From: Spirochaetia bacterium
GTDB lineage: Bacteria > Spirochaetota > Spirochaetia > SZUA-6 > Bin103
Direction: 5' to 3'
Assembly: GCA_965203905.1 (NCBI GenBank)
Contig: CBDBDQ010000005.1
Span: forward strand, 192,001-256,000
Length of the DNA: 64,000 nucleotides
The notes below the pieces were generated by a model. The model did no database searches, was not told the DNA's origin, and saw only the letters and a list, made by a program, of their open reading frames with translations. A program made the position numbers and the translations under genes. Positions 39,821 through 51,500 of the stretch are shown one piece after another (the stretch's first letter is position 1; every line of letters starts with the position of its first letter).

Positions 39821-40750
39821 GTGACCCCCGAGAATGACTGGAAGATACCGGAGCCGCTCTCGGCGCGTGAGGTGCGCTTGGACAGGGACACGGTCACCAT
39901 CCTGAGGCGGCATGGGAATCCGGACGGTCCACGGCTCGTGCTGTGTCACGGCAACGGTTTCGCAATCGATCTCTACTATCCGTTCTGGTCGCTGCTCGCA
40001 CCTGACTTCGACCTGGTCATGTATGACCTCAGGAATCACGGCTGGAATTCGGTCGGCGACCGCGAGTACCACAACATTCCGACTTTGATTCGAGACCATG
40101 AACTCATACTCGAAGCAATTGACCAGCACTACGGAGACAAACCGAAGATTGGCGTATACCACTCGGTTTCCGCACTGATCGCGTTGCTGGCGTCAGCCAC
40201 TACCACCCTACGGACCTGCGTCCAACGCAGCCCCCTGGCCGCTCAGGTACTACTGGATCCGACTTTGTGCCGGCCGGGTGTCAGCCAGTTGGAGTTCGAG
40301 GTAGCCGCCGTCCGCTCTGCCGAACTGATCCGACGGCGGGGGTACCGCTTTCAGTCCCGAGAAGACTTCGCGGAACTCCTCCGCTACGCTCCCGCCTTCC
40401 TGCGGGTCGTTCCGGGAGTTCGGGAACTGATGGCAAGAACTACACTGCGCCGGTCGCCTGACGGACATGATTACGAGTTGCGGTGCCCACGCGAATACGA
40501 GGCACAGATCATGCAGTACACGCGCATCTATTGCGTATTGGTGGATTTTGACGAGCTTCCGTGCCCGACCAAGGTGATCGGCTGCGATCCGACGCTGCCC
40601 TACGCCTATCTGCCAACCCTCGACCTCGGCGACATGACCAGCTTGGACTACGATTTCCTGCCGGAGACTACCCACCTGTTTCCCCTTGAGAAACCGGCAG
40701 AGTGTGCGGCGCTGATTGGGGATTTCGTCGAGTCTCAGGGCCTGACCTAG
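39821..40750 (+). CDS. supD: Alpha/beta hydrolase (SupD type)
   Basis: HGNGF, YDLRNHG, YHSVS elbow, THLFPLEKP; sup cluster context. Confidence 0.78.
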   Translation: MTPENDWKIPEPLSAREVRLDRDTVTILRRHGNPDGPRLVLCHGNGFAIDLYYPFWSLLAPDFDLVMYDLRNHGWNSVGDREYHNIPTLIRDHELILEAIDQHYGDKPKIGVYHSVSALIALLASATTTLRTCVQRSPLAAQVLLDPTLCRPGVSQLEFEVAAVRSAELIRRRGYRFQSREDFAELLRYAPAFLRVVPGVRELMARTTLRRSPDGHDYELRCPREYEAQIMQYTRIYCVLVDFDELPCPTKVIGCDPTLPYAYLPTLDLGDMTSLDYDFLPETTHLFPLEKPAECAALIGDFVESQGLT

Positions 40751-40792
40751 CCACCAGAGCTCCCCGCGATCGCTCCGCAAGTTCTAGTCGGG

Positions 40793-42565
40793 CTACGGGG
40801 ACGCTCCGTGGGCGGCCGTCGCGGCTGGCACGCGGACCGTGACAATATCCGTGTCATGATACTGCCGATGGCGCACCGCGGACGCCAGATGGCGCAGCAG
40901 ACGCAGTGACACATCCCGCTCGACCGAAGCCTCATCCGTGTGCTCGCGGAGTAGCGCGATTCGATCCTGCAGGTTATCCGCACCGGGTCCGAGCACGAAT
41001 TCGAGGACGGCGGCGCTCTCTTCCCGGTGCGCCGTCAGGAGCAGCCGGCGGTCACGTCCTGGCGCGCCTCCAGGTTCCTGCAGCAGTGTGAGCAGCGTCT
41101 CCTCAGCGGCGGCGGCGAGACGTTCGGCGAGTGCGGAATCCCACCCATTACGGGCCGCGAATGTACCGAGAAACTCCCGGATTCCCGGCACCACGGAGGG
41201 GTCGAACCGCGCCGCCTTGAAACGACTGCGGCGGGACTCCGACAGGGCCACGAACCCGGTCATGAGGATAGCCGTAAACCCTCCGGCGTTGGTCCCGTTG
41301 CGCAACAGGCCGCCGCCGAATTCCGAGATCAGTTCCGGGAACATGAAGCCATAGTGACAGCCGATCCCGATCAGAAGGGAGATGCCGATGATCAGTCCAT
41401 TGCGCGGATTGAGGCCATCCTGAACCACGATCCTCATGCCGATCAGGACGAGCAATGCCAGCAGCACGATGAGGTACCCGGCAAGTACCGGGTCCGGTAT
41501 CGCCAGAACCACGGCCAGTACCTTGGGCATGAACGCAAGGACGACGAATGCGGCGCCGGCCACGACCCCGAGGCCTCGGGCCGCGACGCCGGTAAGCTCG
41601 ATCAGCGGAACGCTGACCGAGTAGGTGCTGTTCGGAACGGTGCCCGCCAGACCGGAGACCAGCGTACCGAGGCCGTCCACGGTCACCGCCCCCTGCACCG
41701 CGCGGAAGTCCACCGCCCGGCGCCCGCGCCACGACACGCGTTGCACGGCGACGGCGCTGCTCATCGCGCGCACCGCGGCGATCACGGCGACCAGCAGGAA
41801 GGCCGGCAGCAGCGCCCAGAAACTCGACCCGAATTCGAGATCGAAACCCGGCCACCGGCCCCGTGGCAGGCCGATCCATGCGGCCCCTGCTAGGCGGCTC
41901 ACGTCGTACAGACCGAACCAGGCGCCGATCGCGGCTCCGGCACCCACCCCGACGATCGGCGCCCACAGGCGCCATGCCGGCGGTGCCTTCAGCGTCAGGC
42001 CGCCGATGAGGAGCACCGTCACCAGGGCGCTCAGCGGCGCGCCCGCTGCCGCGCTCCCGGCCGGTACGCTCGTCAGCAGGTCGCCGACGGCTGGCAGCAC
42101 CGTGACCGGAATCAGCATGAGCACGGTTCCCGAGACGGTGGGGGTCAGAATCCGCTGAAACGATGCAAGCCGCCAGGAAATCACCAGCGGGACGAACGCC
42201 GACAGGACGACCAGGGTGGCGAGCAGCGCCGGCCCGCCCTCCACCAGCGCCGTGATACTGATCGAGATGAAGGCCCCGGATGCCCCCATGACCAGCACGT
42301 GGCCCGCACCGATTCTGCCGATGCGCAACGCTTGCAGCATCGTGGTCATGCCGCACACCGCGACCGTGGCGTACACCGCCCAGGCAGCTGAGGCCTCGGA
42401 CGCATCGGCGGCCCGCATTACCACCGTCGGGATCAGTATGACCGCACCCAGGTTGAGTATCGCGAGCTGCAATCCGAGCCCGACGGTCAGCGCTGCCGGA
42501 GGCCGCTCGTCAGGCTCGTATCTGATGCCGTACGGAGCCCTGTCGAGGTGTCGCTGACGCGCCAA
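40793..42565 (-). CDS. supE: NCS2 xanthine/uracil permease-like protein with C-terminal soluble domain (SupE type)
   Basis: YEPDERPP, GLQ, TMLQA..IG, GTVPNSTYS and TGVAAR motifs; downstream of the PKS. Confidence 0.75.
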   Translation of the reverse strand: MARQRHLDRAPYGIRYEPDERPPAALTVGLGLQLAILNLGAVILIPTVVMRAADASEASAAWAVYATVAVCGMTTMLQALRIGRIGAGHVLVMGASGAFISISITALVEGGPALLATLVVLSAFVPLVISWRLASFQRILTPTVSGTVLMLIPVTVLPAVGDLLTSVPAGSAAAGAPLSALVTVLLIGGLTLKAPPAWRLWAPIVGVGAGAAIGAWFGLYDVSRLAGAAWIGLPRGRWPGFDLEFGSSFWALLPAFLLVAVIAAVRAMSSAVAVQRVSWRGRRAVDFRAVQGAVTVDGLGTLVSGLAGTVPNSTYSVSVPLIELTGVAARGLGVVAGAAFVVLAFMPKVLAVVLAIPDPVLAGYLIVLLALLVLIGMRIVVQDGLNPRNGLIIGISLLIGIGCHYGFMFPELISEFGGGLLRNGTNAGGFTAILMTGFVALSESRRSRFKAARFDPSVVPGIREFLGTFAARNGWDSALAERLAAAAEETLLTLLQEPGGAPGRDRRLLLTAHREESAAVLEFVLGPGADNLQDRIALLREHTDEASVERDVSLRLLRHLASAVRHRQYHDTDIVTVRVPAATAAHGASP

Positions 42566-42577
42566 TCCGACTGGCTC

Positions 42578-45500
42578 CTAGCGCGTGTCTATCCAGTGGC
42601 GCCGGCGCTGGAACGGATAGCTCGGCAGGGAGATCCGGCGCCGCGACTCTCCCGCAAACAACCCCGCGAAGGAAACGGAAAGTCCCGCCACGTAGGCGGC
42701 CGCGACAGCCTCGGCGAAGGTGGCGTCCCCGGCGTCCGGCGCAGCGTCGCCGGGTGACTCGGCGCTGCTCGCCCGCACCACCGGAATGCCGCAGCCATCC
42801 GCCAGCGCGTCCGGCAGCGCGCGCGGCGCCGTCTCCACGATCGCCTCGATCCCCAGATCGGCGAGCGTCCTCAGGCAGGTGGCGATCGCCGGTCGTGGCG
42901 CCGGTGATCGCCACTCGGCAACGTCAACGGTCGCCCCCGGCTCGACAATGCGGCCGGTGGAGCAATCCACCAGTGGAGGGGTCCCGCCGGTCAGCGCGAC
43001 CGATGTCGGCTCGCCCGTGCCGCGTTCGGCGGCGGCCAGGCGCAACCCCTCCTCCAGGTCCAACATTCCCGTCGCCTGCGCCGCAGCCAGCGCCCCCAAC
43101 CCGTGCCCGATCACGGCACTTGGCCGGATTCCCACACTCGACCAGAGCGCCGTCAGCGCGCACTGCAGCGCGTAGATCGCCGACCGGGTCCACGCCTCGC
43201 CGTCCAGGTGCCTCGTCGCCCCGTGCCGTTCGCACATCGCCTCCAGCAGGGAGGCGCCGCGCACCGGTCTCAGCGTGTCGTCGCAACGATCCAGCACGGC
43301 GCGCACCACCGGCTCGTTGGCATACAGCTTCGCGCCAATCTCCAGCCAGTGGCCGGCTTGCCCGGTGTAGGCAAACGCCATCTTCGTGGCTGTCCGCGGC
43401 TCAGCGAACTCCGGCGCCTCAGCCAGCGCCAGTAGTCGTTGCCGCAGCGATTCGGCATCGCGGAACACCACCGCTGCCCGGTGGGCAAAGTGGCTGCGTC
43501 CGACGCCCGCGGTCCAAGCCATGTCCGCGAGCAAGCCATCACCGGCGCCGCCTTGCAGTTCTCCACTCCGTTCGTCGAGCCAAGTCAGATAGCGCCCGAC
43601 CAGCTCGCGCAACGCGTCATCCGACTTGGCCGACAACGGCAGCAGGCGCACCGCGTGCGGTTTCAGTCCCTCCTGCTGCGCCGCCACCTGGTGTGCGGCT
43701 CCGACGGGCCACCGCCACTCCTCGGTGCCGCTTGCCGCCTGGTACGCCTCCACCACGACGTGGGCGTTGGTGCCGGATACACCGAACGCGCTCACCCCGG
43801 CGCGCCGTGTTCGGCCGCCGTTCGCGGGCCAATCGGTCGGCCGCCCGGTAACCCGTACCGGCAACCGGTCCCAGTCCAGGTTCGGGTTCGGGTCATGGAA
43901 GTGCAAGTGCCGCGGAATCACTCCGCGCTGCATCGCCAGCACGGTCTTGATGAGACCGGCCATTCCGGCGGCCGACTCCAGGTGGCCGAGGTTGGTCTTC
44001 ACCGAGCCGATCAACAGCGGTTGGTCCGCCGCCCGGCCCCGCCCGTACACCGCTGCCGCCGCCTGCACCTCGATCGTGTCGCCGAGTTCCGACCCCGCCC
44101 CGTGGGCCTCCAGGTAGTCCACTTCCGACGGCGCTACCCCGGCACACGTGAGTGCCGCTTCGATAACCCGCTCCTGCGCCGGGCCGTTCGGCACGGTCGG
44201 TCCAGCGCTCGCCCCGTTCTGGTTGACCGCCGTGCCGCGGACTACGCCCCAGATGCGGTCGCCGTCCGCCTCCGCGTCATCAAGCCGCTTCAGCACGACC
44301 ATCCCGCAGCCCTCGCTGCGCACGAATCCGGCCGCTGCGGCATCGAAGGTTTTGCAGCGGCCGTCGGGAGACAGCATCCTCAACTCGGCCATCTCTCTGG
44401 TCAGGCCGGCCGACAGCACCGCGTTCACGCCTCCCACCAGGGCCAGATCCACTTCACCCTGGCGCAAGGCGGTGACCGCCTGGTGCACCGCCACCAGCGA
44501 CGACGCGCAGTTCAGCACCACCGGCATGGTCGGCCCCTCCAGACCCAACTGGAAGGCAACGCGTCCGACCGCCATGCTCCCGGCGGTGCCCAGGTAGTTG
44601 ACGTCCGCGCTGCCGGCACGCATCAGGTCCCGGTACTCGCTGGGGGCAATGCCGGCAATCACGCCGGTGCGCGTGCCCCGCAACCGGTCCGGATCGATCC
44701 CCGCGTCGTCGAGCGCCTGCCAACTCGTCTCCAGCAGCATCCGTTGCTGCGGATCCATCGTTCGCGCCCCGATCGGCGGAATCCCGAAGAAGCGTGCGTC
44801 GAAGCGGTCGATGCCGTCGACAAACCCGCCGCGCCGGGCGAAGCTATCTTCCAGCGCGGGGTCTCCGGAAACACCACTCCAGGAACCGCCATCGCGCCGG
44901 CCCTCGGTCACGGCGTCCACACCGGCTTCGAGCTGATGCCAGAAGGCCGCCAGATCGGGAGCGCCGGGGAAACGGCAGGCCATGCCGACGATCGCGATGC
45001 CGTCACCCGTGCGTTCCCCGGAAGAGGGCGGCGACGCCGGCGGCTCGGGCTCCGACTGGGGCGCCGTCGCGGCGGCGGGCTCGCCGAGCGCGTCGACGAG
45101 GTGACCGGCCAGTGCGGCGATGTCCGGGTAGTCGAACACCACGGTATTGGGCGCCACGTACTCCCCGGCACACGCCCGACCAAGACGGTTGCGCAGTTCT
45201 ACCGCCATCAGCGAGTCCATGCCGAGCTCGAAGAACCCCACCGTTGGGGCCGGCGGCGACGGCAGCCTGAGCACCGACTGCACCTCGCGCTGCAGGAACG
45301 ACACCGCCACACCCGTGCGCTCCTCCTCTGGAGCGCTGCGCAGGCGCGAAGGCAGGTCGTCGGACGCGTCGGCGCCATCCGTTCCAGCCTCGGCGATGGC
45401 CGCAAGCTGATCCTCCAGCAGCGGCGGACGGCCGTCGAGCATCTCCCCGAACAGCGGCCAGTCGACCGCCATCACCGCGGCAGCCGTGGAGTCCGCGCGC

Positions 45501-48500
45501 AGCAGCCGGTCGAACGCCCTCAGCCCCTGCTCGACGCTGATCCAGCCGGCTCCGGATGCGGCCCGGCGCCCGGCAATCCGTTCCCGCTGCTCCTCGGCTT
45601 CGCCGAGCCCCGACCACGCCCCCCAGGCGATCGTTTGACCGGGGAGTCCGAGCGCGCGCCGGTGCGCCGCGAGCTGATCGAGGAACGCATTGGCCGCCGC
45701 GTGATTCGCCTGACCCGGATTGCCCAGTACGCCCGCGACGCTCGAGAACAGCACGAAGAGGTCCAGATCGCGTGCCGCGGTCGCGCGGTGCAGGTGCCAG
45801 GCGCCCAGCACCTTGGGCCAGAGCACCTGCTCGAACCGCTGCCAGCTCTGGTTGCCGAGCGCGGCGTCGGCCAGCACGCCGACGCTGTGGATCACGCCCG
45901 CGAGGGGCGGCAGCTCCCGGTCCATGCGCGCCAGCATCGCGTCCAGCGCCGCCGCGTCGGTCACGTCCGCCATTTCGACCTGCACCGTGGCGCCGCGATC
46001 CCGGAGCGTGGCGATGATTTCCTCCGCGGCCGCGTCCGGCGCCCGCCGGCCGTTCAGGACGATCGCGCCGGCGCCCCGTTCCACGAGCCAGCCGGCCACG
46101 GCGCAGCCGATCCCACCCAGACCGCCGGTCACCAGGTAGGTCCGGTCTCGGCGCAACTCTCCACTCGCGAGCGGCGGCGAGGTGAGAACGATCTTGCCGA
46201 TGTGGCGGGCGTCGCGCATGAATCCCATCGCCGCGCCCGCCTCGGCAAGCGGCCACAGGCTGTGTACCAGGGGGCTCAACTCGCCCGCCGCAAGCCTGGC
46301 CATCACCTGCTGCAGGGCGGCTCCCGCACGCGCGGGATCGTCCTGCTTCAGTACATCCAACTCCAGAATGGAGTAGGCGACATCCGGCCGCACCACCGCC
46401 ATTTCTTCCTTGCTCAAGATGTCGCGCCGGGACAACTCCACGAACCGTCCGCCGTGCGCCAGACAGGACAGGCTGGCCGCGATGAAGCCTTCTCCGGTCA
46501 GGCTGTTCAACACCACGTCGACACCCGTGCCACCGGTAGCTTCGAGGATCTCTTTCCCGAACGCCGTCGAGCGGCTGTCGCACACGCGGCTTGCGCCGAG
46601 CGACCGCAGGAAAGCCCGCTTCGGCGCGCTGGCAGTCGCAAAGACCTCCGCTCGGGCAGCTTGCGCCAGTTGGATCGCCGCCAGCCCCACACCCCCCGCG
46701 CCGGTGTGAACCAGAACCCGTTCGCCGGGGCGCAACTCCGCCAGATCGTAAGCCAGGGCCGCCGTCACGAACGCCGTCGGCATGGTGGCCAGCGCTGCGA
46801 CCGGTAGCGTGGCCGGCGCATGCGCCACCAGCTCTTCGCGGGTAACCGCCTGCGGTCCGAATGTCCCGAACGCGAGACCCACTACGCGGTCGCCCACGGC
46901 AACGGCGGTCACCTCGGAGCCGACCTCGACGATCCGGCCGCACAGCTCCTCGCCGAGGGGCCCCTCGCCGATGACGCGGATCCCCCGCAGCACGTCCTGG
47001 AAGTTCAGGCCGCGGGCTTCCACCTCGACGCGCACTTCCTTTGGCTCCAGGGATGGCGCCGGCCGCGGTTCGGGGTGGAGGTTCTCCAGCGCACCGCCGG
47101 GGTCGGGCGCCAGCACCCAGTCCGACCCCGCCGGCAGCACGAGACGCCCGGCCGTGGCGCCTGCCCGCGCCAGACGCGCGACCTGGCGGCGCCCGGCGCG
47201 GTACGCGATGTGATCCTCCGCGCCGGGGGACAGCAGCTCACTTGCCAGATCGGCCACCGCGATCGGGGCGTCGGGGTCGAGATCGATCATCCGCGCCTGC
47301 AGATGGGGCGCCTCGCGGGACACCACCTTGCCGAAGCCCCACAGCGTCGCGCCGGCGAGTTCGCCGCCGCGCTCCCGCTCCAGCACCTGCGCGCCACGGG
47401 TTACGAACCACACCCCGGAGGCGGTTGCCGCATCGGCGTCGGCCAGCCCCTGCACCAGCGCCAGGGCGCTCCCCGCCACGCGACGCGTGTCCTGCGCCAT
47501 CTCAGCGGCGGTCGCATGCGAGCCGTGACCATCCAGCGCCGCGAAGTGCACCACGCCGCCGAGCGGCACGCCGGCCGGCAGGTCCGCGACGAGCGAACGC
47601 CAGGACTCACGCCGCAGCACGTCGACGGCGCGCATTACAACTCCGCGTTCGTCCGCGGCGAATGCGCCGTCGGTAGGCGACTCGCCGCTCGCCACCACCA
47701 CCGCCTGGTTCTGCGCCGCGAGCTGTGCCGCAAGCTCCACCGCCACCCCGCAACGGTCCGCGACCACCAGCCATGCGCTCCGCGGCGGAGTCACTTCTGC
47801 CGGCCCCCGCGCCACGATCACGCCGCGATCGGGCAACACGTCCGCGTCCGACTCGTCCACCCCCAGAATCTCGATCTCCCCGAAGCCCGCATCGGCGAGC
47901 GCCTGCCGCCACACGGCCGGCCCGGCGAGGGCATGGTGCGGTCGATAGCGATCGGCAAACCGCCACCAGCCGTCCAACTGACCGAAGACGAGATCCATCC
48001 AGGCACGTGCGCGCTGGTTCTCGAGCGCCACGAGCTGCCCGGATGGGGCGAGCAGTTGCCGGCAGTGGTTCAGCGTCTCGTTCAGGTAGCGGGTGGCGTG
48101 CAGGACGTTGGCGGCAATCACCAGATCATAGCCGTACGCATCGAAGCCCTGGGCCAACGGATCCGTCTCAATGTCCAACACCCGGTAGGCGATCGGGGCG
48201 CCGCTGTCGGCGAATCGCGCTTCCGCTTCGGCAAAGAAGCCCGCCGAGATGTCGGTGTAGGTGTAGTCGAACCGACCGGCCGGCAGTGCCGGCAGGACGC
48301 AGGATGTCGCCGATCCGGTTCCCGCGCCGACCTCCAGCACGCGCAGCCGCCGGCCTTCCGGTAGATCGGCCACGAGTGCGGAAACCGCGTCGCCCAGCAT
48401 CCGATTGGCCGCTCGCCACACCGGCGCCTTGCGATACAAATCGGCCGCGTTCGGCTCCACCTCGCCGAACAGCAGCCCCAACGGATCCTCCCGTCCGCGC

Positions 48501-51500
48501 AGCACGTCCGGCAAGGCACCGGCGCAGCGCCGAAACAGCGCGATCTCGTGCACCGCGTGAGGGTAGCGTTCGCTCATGCCGCGTGCGAATCGTTCGGGAT
48601 CGGGCGGCACGTCCTGCGGCAACGAGTCCTCGATTCCGGTCACCACGACGAAACCGTCGTCCTGCTCCGCCAGCACCCCGGCACGGGCCAGCAGTTCCAG
48701 CATGCGGCGGAACAGGCGGGCGTGTTCGGCTTCGACCCGCAGCTTCTGGCGGAGCTCGTCGGCGTCGATTACCGCGCCCGCCGGCCGCTGCCATCCAAGC
48801 TTGTCGAGAGTCGCAAGCGCATAGCACGCGGCAACCCGCTCCTGGTCCGCGATCAGCGCGGCCCGGTCCCGAGCCGCAACCCCCTCCGCTGCGAGGAAGT
48901 CGGTGAACAGGCGCGAATCCGCCGCGACGCTTGACGGCTGCCGAAGAAACCCAGCCGGCAGCACGCTCGGGGCCAGCGCGCGGTCCCGCCACACCACTTC
49001 GTACAGCAGCTCCTGCACCCCTTCGACGGCCGCAAGCAGCGCCGACCGGGTCGCCCGCTTCACCAGATACCCACGCAGCTCACCGGCCAGCATTCCGCCC
49101 GCGTGGTAGATCAGCAGGTCCGCGGTCAGGACCTCGGGCTCCTCGCTGTGCCCTTCCGGCACCGGTGCGGGCGGGGGCTGGGACATGCGCAGATGGCAGA
49201 TCAACCGATCCGGCAGTGGCCCTCGCAACCACAGCCGCTGCCAGCCGAACGGCAGGTAGGTGGCCCGGACGGCGCCGGCAGGGCTCCACGCGGCCGCCAT
49301 TACCTGAAAGCAGCCATCGAGCAGCAGCGGATGGACTGTCAGCCCGTTGCGGCCCAGCTCCTCCGGGAACTCCACCTCGGCCACCGCCTCGCCGGCCCCG
49401 GACCAGACCCGCCGCAGCGTGCGGAACGACGCACCGAGCTCGATCCCGACACCCGCCTTGGCACGGTAGAAGGCCGGTACGTCCACCGGCTCCATGCCCG
49501 CCTTGAGCGTTTCCAGGTTCACGTGAGAGGGCGCGGCCGGCGTGCGGGCGGCGGTCCCGGAAGCAACCTGCGCTTCCGCGTGAAGGGTCCAGCCCTCGTC
49601 GTCCGGCCCCCGGCTGAGGATCTGCACGCGGCGGGGTGCTTCCTCGGTTGCGTCGAGGAGCACCTGGACCCTGCGCGCCGCCGCGGCGCCGGCCCCGTCC
49701 GCCGCGTCCCCTTCCGGGAGCAGCAGCGGGCTGTGCAGTTGCATCTCCTCGACGACGGCCGCTCCGCCGCCCTCGGCAGCGGCGGCCGCCGCTGCCATGG
49801 CGCCGTAGAGCGCGCCCGGCGCCAGCAGCCGGCCGAACACCCGGTGATCGGCCAGCCACGCCGGATCGTCCGGCAGCAACTCGGTGTCGAATGCCACCTC
49901 ACCGCGCGCCGACTCGTGCCGCTCGCCCAGCAGCGGGTGGCCGGCGCCCGCCCGGCGCCGGCGCGGCGCCGGGACCCAGTGGCGCGCGCGCTGAAACGGA
50001 TACCCCGGCAGCGAGATGCGCCTGCGCTCCTCGCCCGCGAACAGCCCCTCGAACCGGATCGGGAGCCCAGCCTCGTAGGCGCCGGCGACCGCCGCCGCGA
50101 ACGCGCCTTCCACCTCTGCGGGCGGCGTGTCGCGCGCGGGGCGCCGCAGGCTGGCCAGCACCGCCGGCGCTGCATCCGGCGCAGCCGCCGGCCACGCCAG
50201 GACCGCCATCGGCCCCAGTACCGCATGCGGGCCGAGCTCCACGAGCGCCTCCACGCCGAGCTCGGCCAGGGTCTCCACCGCCTGGCGAAACTGCACCTTC
50301 TCGCGCGCGTGGCGGCGCCAGTAGGCGGCGTCCGGCACCGTGCCCGGCGCCAGCAGGCGGCCGCTCAGGTTGCTCACCAGGGGAACCGCCGGGGCCGCGA
50401 ACGTGACCCGCTCCAGCGCAGCCTCCAGGTCATCCAGGGCCGGCTCCACCAGCGCGCTGTGGTAGGCGGGGCTGTGGCGCAGCAATCTTACTCGCACCTG
50501 CTCCGTCTCGAACCGCTCCAGGATCGCCGCGACGTCCGCCGCCGGACCGCTGAGCACCTGGTTCGAGCCGTTGTCCACGGCCACGCACAGCCCCATTCCG
50601 GTGGCGGCTGCGTTGTGTTCCTCCACCGCCGCCGCGACCCGCCGGGCCGGCGCGAACACCACCGCCATCGCTCCCGCCTCGGGCAGCTCCCCGATCAGGG
50701 CGCCGCGCGCCGCCGCGAAGCGCAGCCCGTCCTCCAGGCTGAACACGCCCGCAGTCTGCGCCGCCGCAATCTCGCCCAGGCTGTGCCCGACCACCACGTC
50801 CGGGCGAATCCCCAGGCTCGCCCACAGCGCGGCCAGCGCGCACTCCAGCGCGTAGATCGCGGGCTGCTTCCAGGCCGGCTCATCCAGACTGCCGGCAGCA
50901 CCCGGGCGCCCGAACATGACGTCCAGCAGGGAGGCGCCACGCTCGGCACGCAGCAGCGCATCGCAGCGGTCCAGCACGGCGCGCACCACCGGCTCGCTCG
51001 CGTAGAGCGTCTGTCCCATACCGGCCCACTGGCTGGCCTGCCCGGTAAAGGCGAAGGCTACCTTCGGCGCCGCCTTCGCCGCCGAACGCGGCGCCGCGCC
51101 GGCGTCCGGCTCGGCCACCGCGAGCAATCCCTCGCGCAGCGACTCCGCGTCGCGGAACACCACGCCGGCGCGGTAGCTGAAGTGGCCGCGGCCGACCCCG
51201 GCCGTCCAGGCCAGATCCGACAGCGGCGGGTCGGCTGCGGCACCGCCCCCGTCCAGTTCCGCGCCGTGCTCGTCGAGCCAGCCCAGGTATCCGCGTGCCA
51301 GGTCGTGCAGCGCCGCCTCCGACTTGGCCGACAGCGGCAGGAACCGGCACGCACGGGCGGCGAGCCCGTCACGGGGCGCCGGCACCTCGGCGACCGGCGC
51401 GGGCAGCGACACGGCAATCCGTTTGGCGGGGCCGGCGGCCCAGTGCGCTTGCTCGACGCCGGGGCGGGCGCCGTTCCCCTCCAACACCAGGTGCGCGTTG

